Of a DNA stretch of 55,405 bases, positions 54,422-55,405 are shown in pieces. This stretch comes from a virus. Taxonomy: Duplodnaviria; Caudoviricetes. The position numbers were made by a program, and so were the translations under genes. How positions within the stretch are numbered: position 1 is the first letter of the stretch; the number at the start of each line of letters is the position of its first letter. The notes beneath the pieces were generated by a model. The model was given only the letters and a program-made list of their open reading frames with translations. It was not told the origin of the DNA and made no database searches. Location of the stretch: positions 1 to 55,405 of the IMG/VR virus record IMGVR_UViG_3300008107_000064. One strand, written 5' to 3'.

Positions 54422-55405
54422 ATGCCGACAATCTTCTCACGCGGCGCTGCATCAGCTCTGGCTCTTGGATTTGGCAAGGTCAGTTCTATACTCACTGACT
54501 CCTTCTTCAAATATGTGACCCTGTTATTGCCCGGAAACGGCACCAATGCTGCACAGAATAACACGTTTCTGGATAGCAGTTCTAATAACTTCACGATCAC
54601 CCGCAACGGCAACACAACCCAAGGCACGTTTAGCCCATATGGGTCGAACTGGTCTATGAATACGTCTGTCACCGGTAGCTATCTGACAATCCCTCAAAAT
54701 ACAGCATTTGCCTTTGGTACTGGTGACTTCACCATTGAAGCATGGGTTATGCGTAATGAAGGCTCCCGCCAGCAAGGTATTGTTGATACGCGCGGCGCAG
54801 GCAGCGGCGCTGTTGGTGTACTGTTTTACCTGACTGCACAAGGTTATCTGGCAGCGTTTGATGGGACTAGCACATATATTGGCGGCAGCGTTGCCACGGT
54901 GATGCCGGGGTATCAGGCAAATGGGTTGTGGACGCATGTAGCTATCACGCGCAGCGGAACAACAACGCGCCTATTTATTAATGGAACTATTGTTGCGACT
55001 CTTGCTGGTGACACACGCAACTACGCCAATGGTGCAAGCGGTACGCTGATTGCAAGGCAATTTGGCTCAACAGCTAACGACTGGATTGGCTGGATTAGCA
55101 ACGTCCGCATCGTAAAGGGAACAGCCCTTTACACGGCAACCTTCACGCCAAGCACCACGCCACTTACAGCGGTTAGTGGAACGTCTTTGTTGACCTGTCA
55201 AAGCAATCGCTTCGTAGATAACAGCGGCAATAACTTTACAGTCACGCCGACTGGCACTCCGCGTGTTCAAAGATACAGCCCCTTCAGCCCAACTGCTTCG
55301 TACAGTGCGGCAACTGTTGGTGGTTCTGGGTACTTTGATGGCAGCGGAGATTCATTGACCGCAGCTAATAATGTCGCGCTTCAACTTGGTTCAACATACA
55401 CCGCA
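54422..55405 (+). CDS. LamG/concanavalin-A-like fibre protein, 3'-truncated (not in the ORF track)
   Basis: ATG at 54422, open to the window end; 'FGTGDFTIEAW', 'WTHVAITRSG', 'GWISNVRIVKGTALY', 'SGYFDGSGD'. Confidence 0.8.
   Translation, partial: MPTIFSRGAASALALGFGKVSSILTDSFFKYVTLLLPGNGTNAAQNNTFLDSSSNNFTITRNGNTTQGTFSPYGSNWSMNTSVTGSYLTIPQNTAFAFGTGDFTIEAWVMRNEGSRQQGIVDTRGAGSGAVGVLFYLTAQGYLAAFDGTSTYIGGSVATVMPGYQANGLWTHVAITRSGTTTRLFINGTIVATLAGDTRNYANGASGTLIARQFGSTANDWIGWISNVRIVKGTALYTATFTPSTTPLTAVSGTSLLTCQSNRFVDNSGNNFTVTPTGTPRVQRYSPFSPTASYSAATVGGSGYFDGSGDSLTAANNVALQLGSTYTA

Noticed and set aside
1-55405. Alternative genetic code
   Set aside because: Core genes are intact under code 11, and all three stop codons are used normally.

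Overview
The window is most of a tailed dsDNA phage genome, probably podovirus-like: no tape measure, tail tube or sheath is recognisable, and several ejection-type proteins are present. GcrA-like and GapR-like genes point to an alphaproteobacterial host. Both ends fall in the tail-fibre region but do not join. Layout: fibre and lysis genes (1-3.3 kb, +); tail and ejection genes (3.3-12.9 kb, +); DNA metabolism on the minus strand (12.9-21.9 kb); HTH gene and primase-polymerase (22.0-24.5 kb, +); an AT-rich putative origin; small minus-strand early genes behind repeated promoters (25-28.3 kb); gapR, terminase, a 7-kb cargo island, portal, GroES, scaffold and capsid (28.4-44 kb); then basic proteins, a collagen/glycosyltransferase pair and fibres (44-55.4 kb). 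Three signals stand out. (1) A pentapeptide ending in Gly-Gly (typically [FYM]-A-[KE]-G-G) recurs about 20 times in six unrelated late proteins and falls at domain boundaries, suggesting a cargo-tagging or polyprotein-processing system. Its modules include a putative small beta-barrel, an HhH glycosylase-like domain and a GNAT-like domain. (2) Early promoters carry YGAKTCG (the GANTC-containing GcrA motif) next to a 19-bp box, and the phage encodes its own GcrA. (3) A Gly-Pro-Thr collagen gene sits beside a methyltransferase-glycosyltransferase-TPR gene. All assignments come from motif recognition by eye; no database searches were run.
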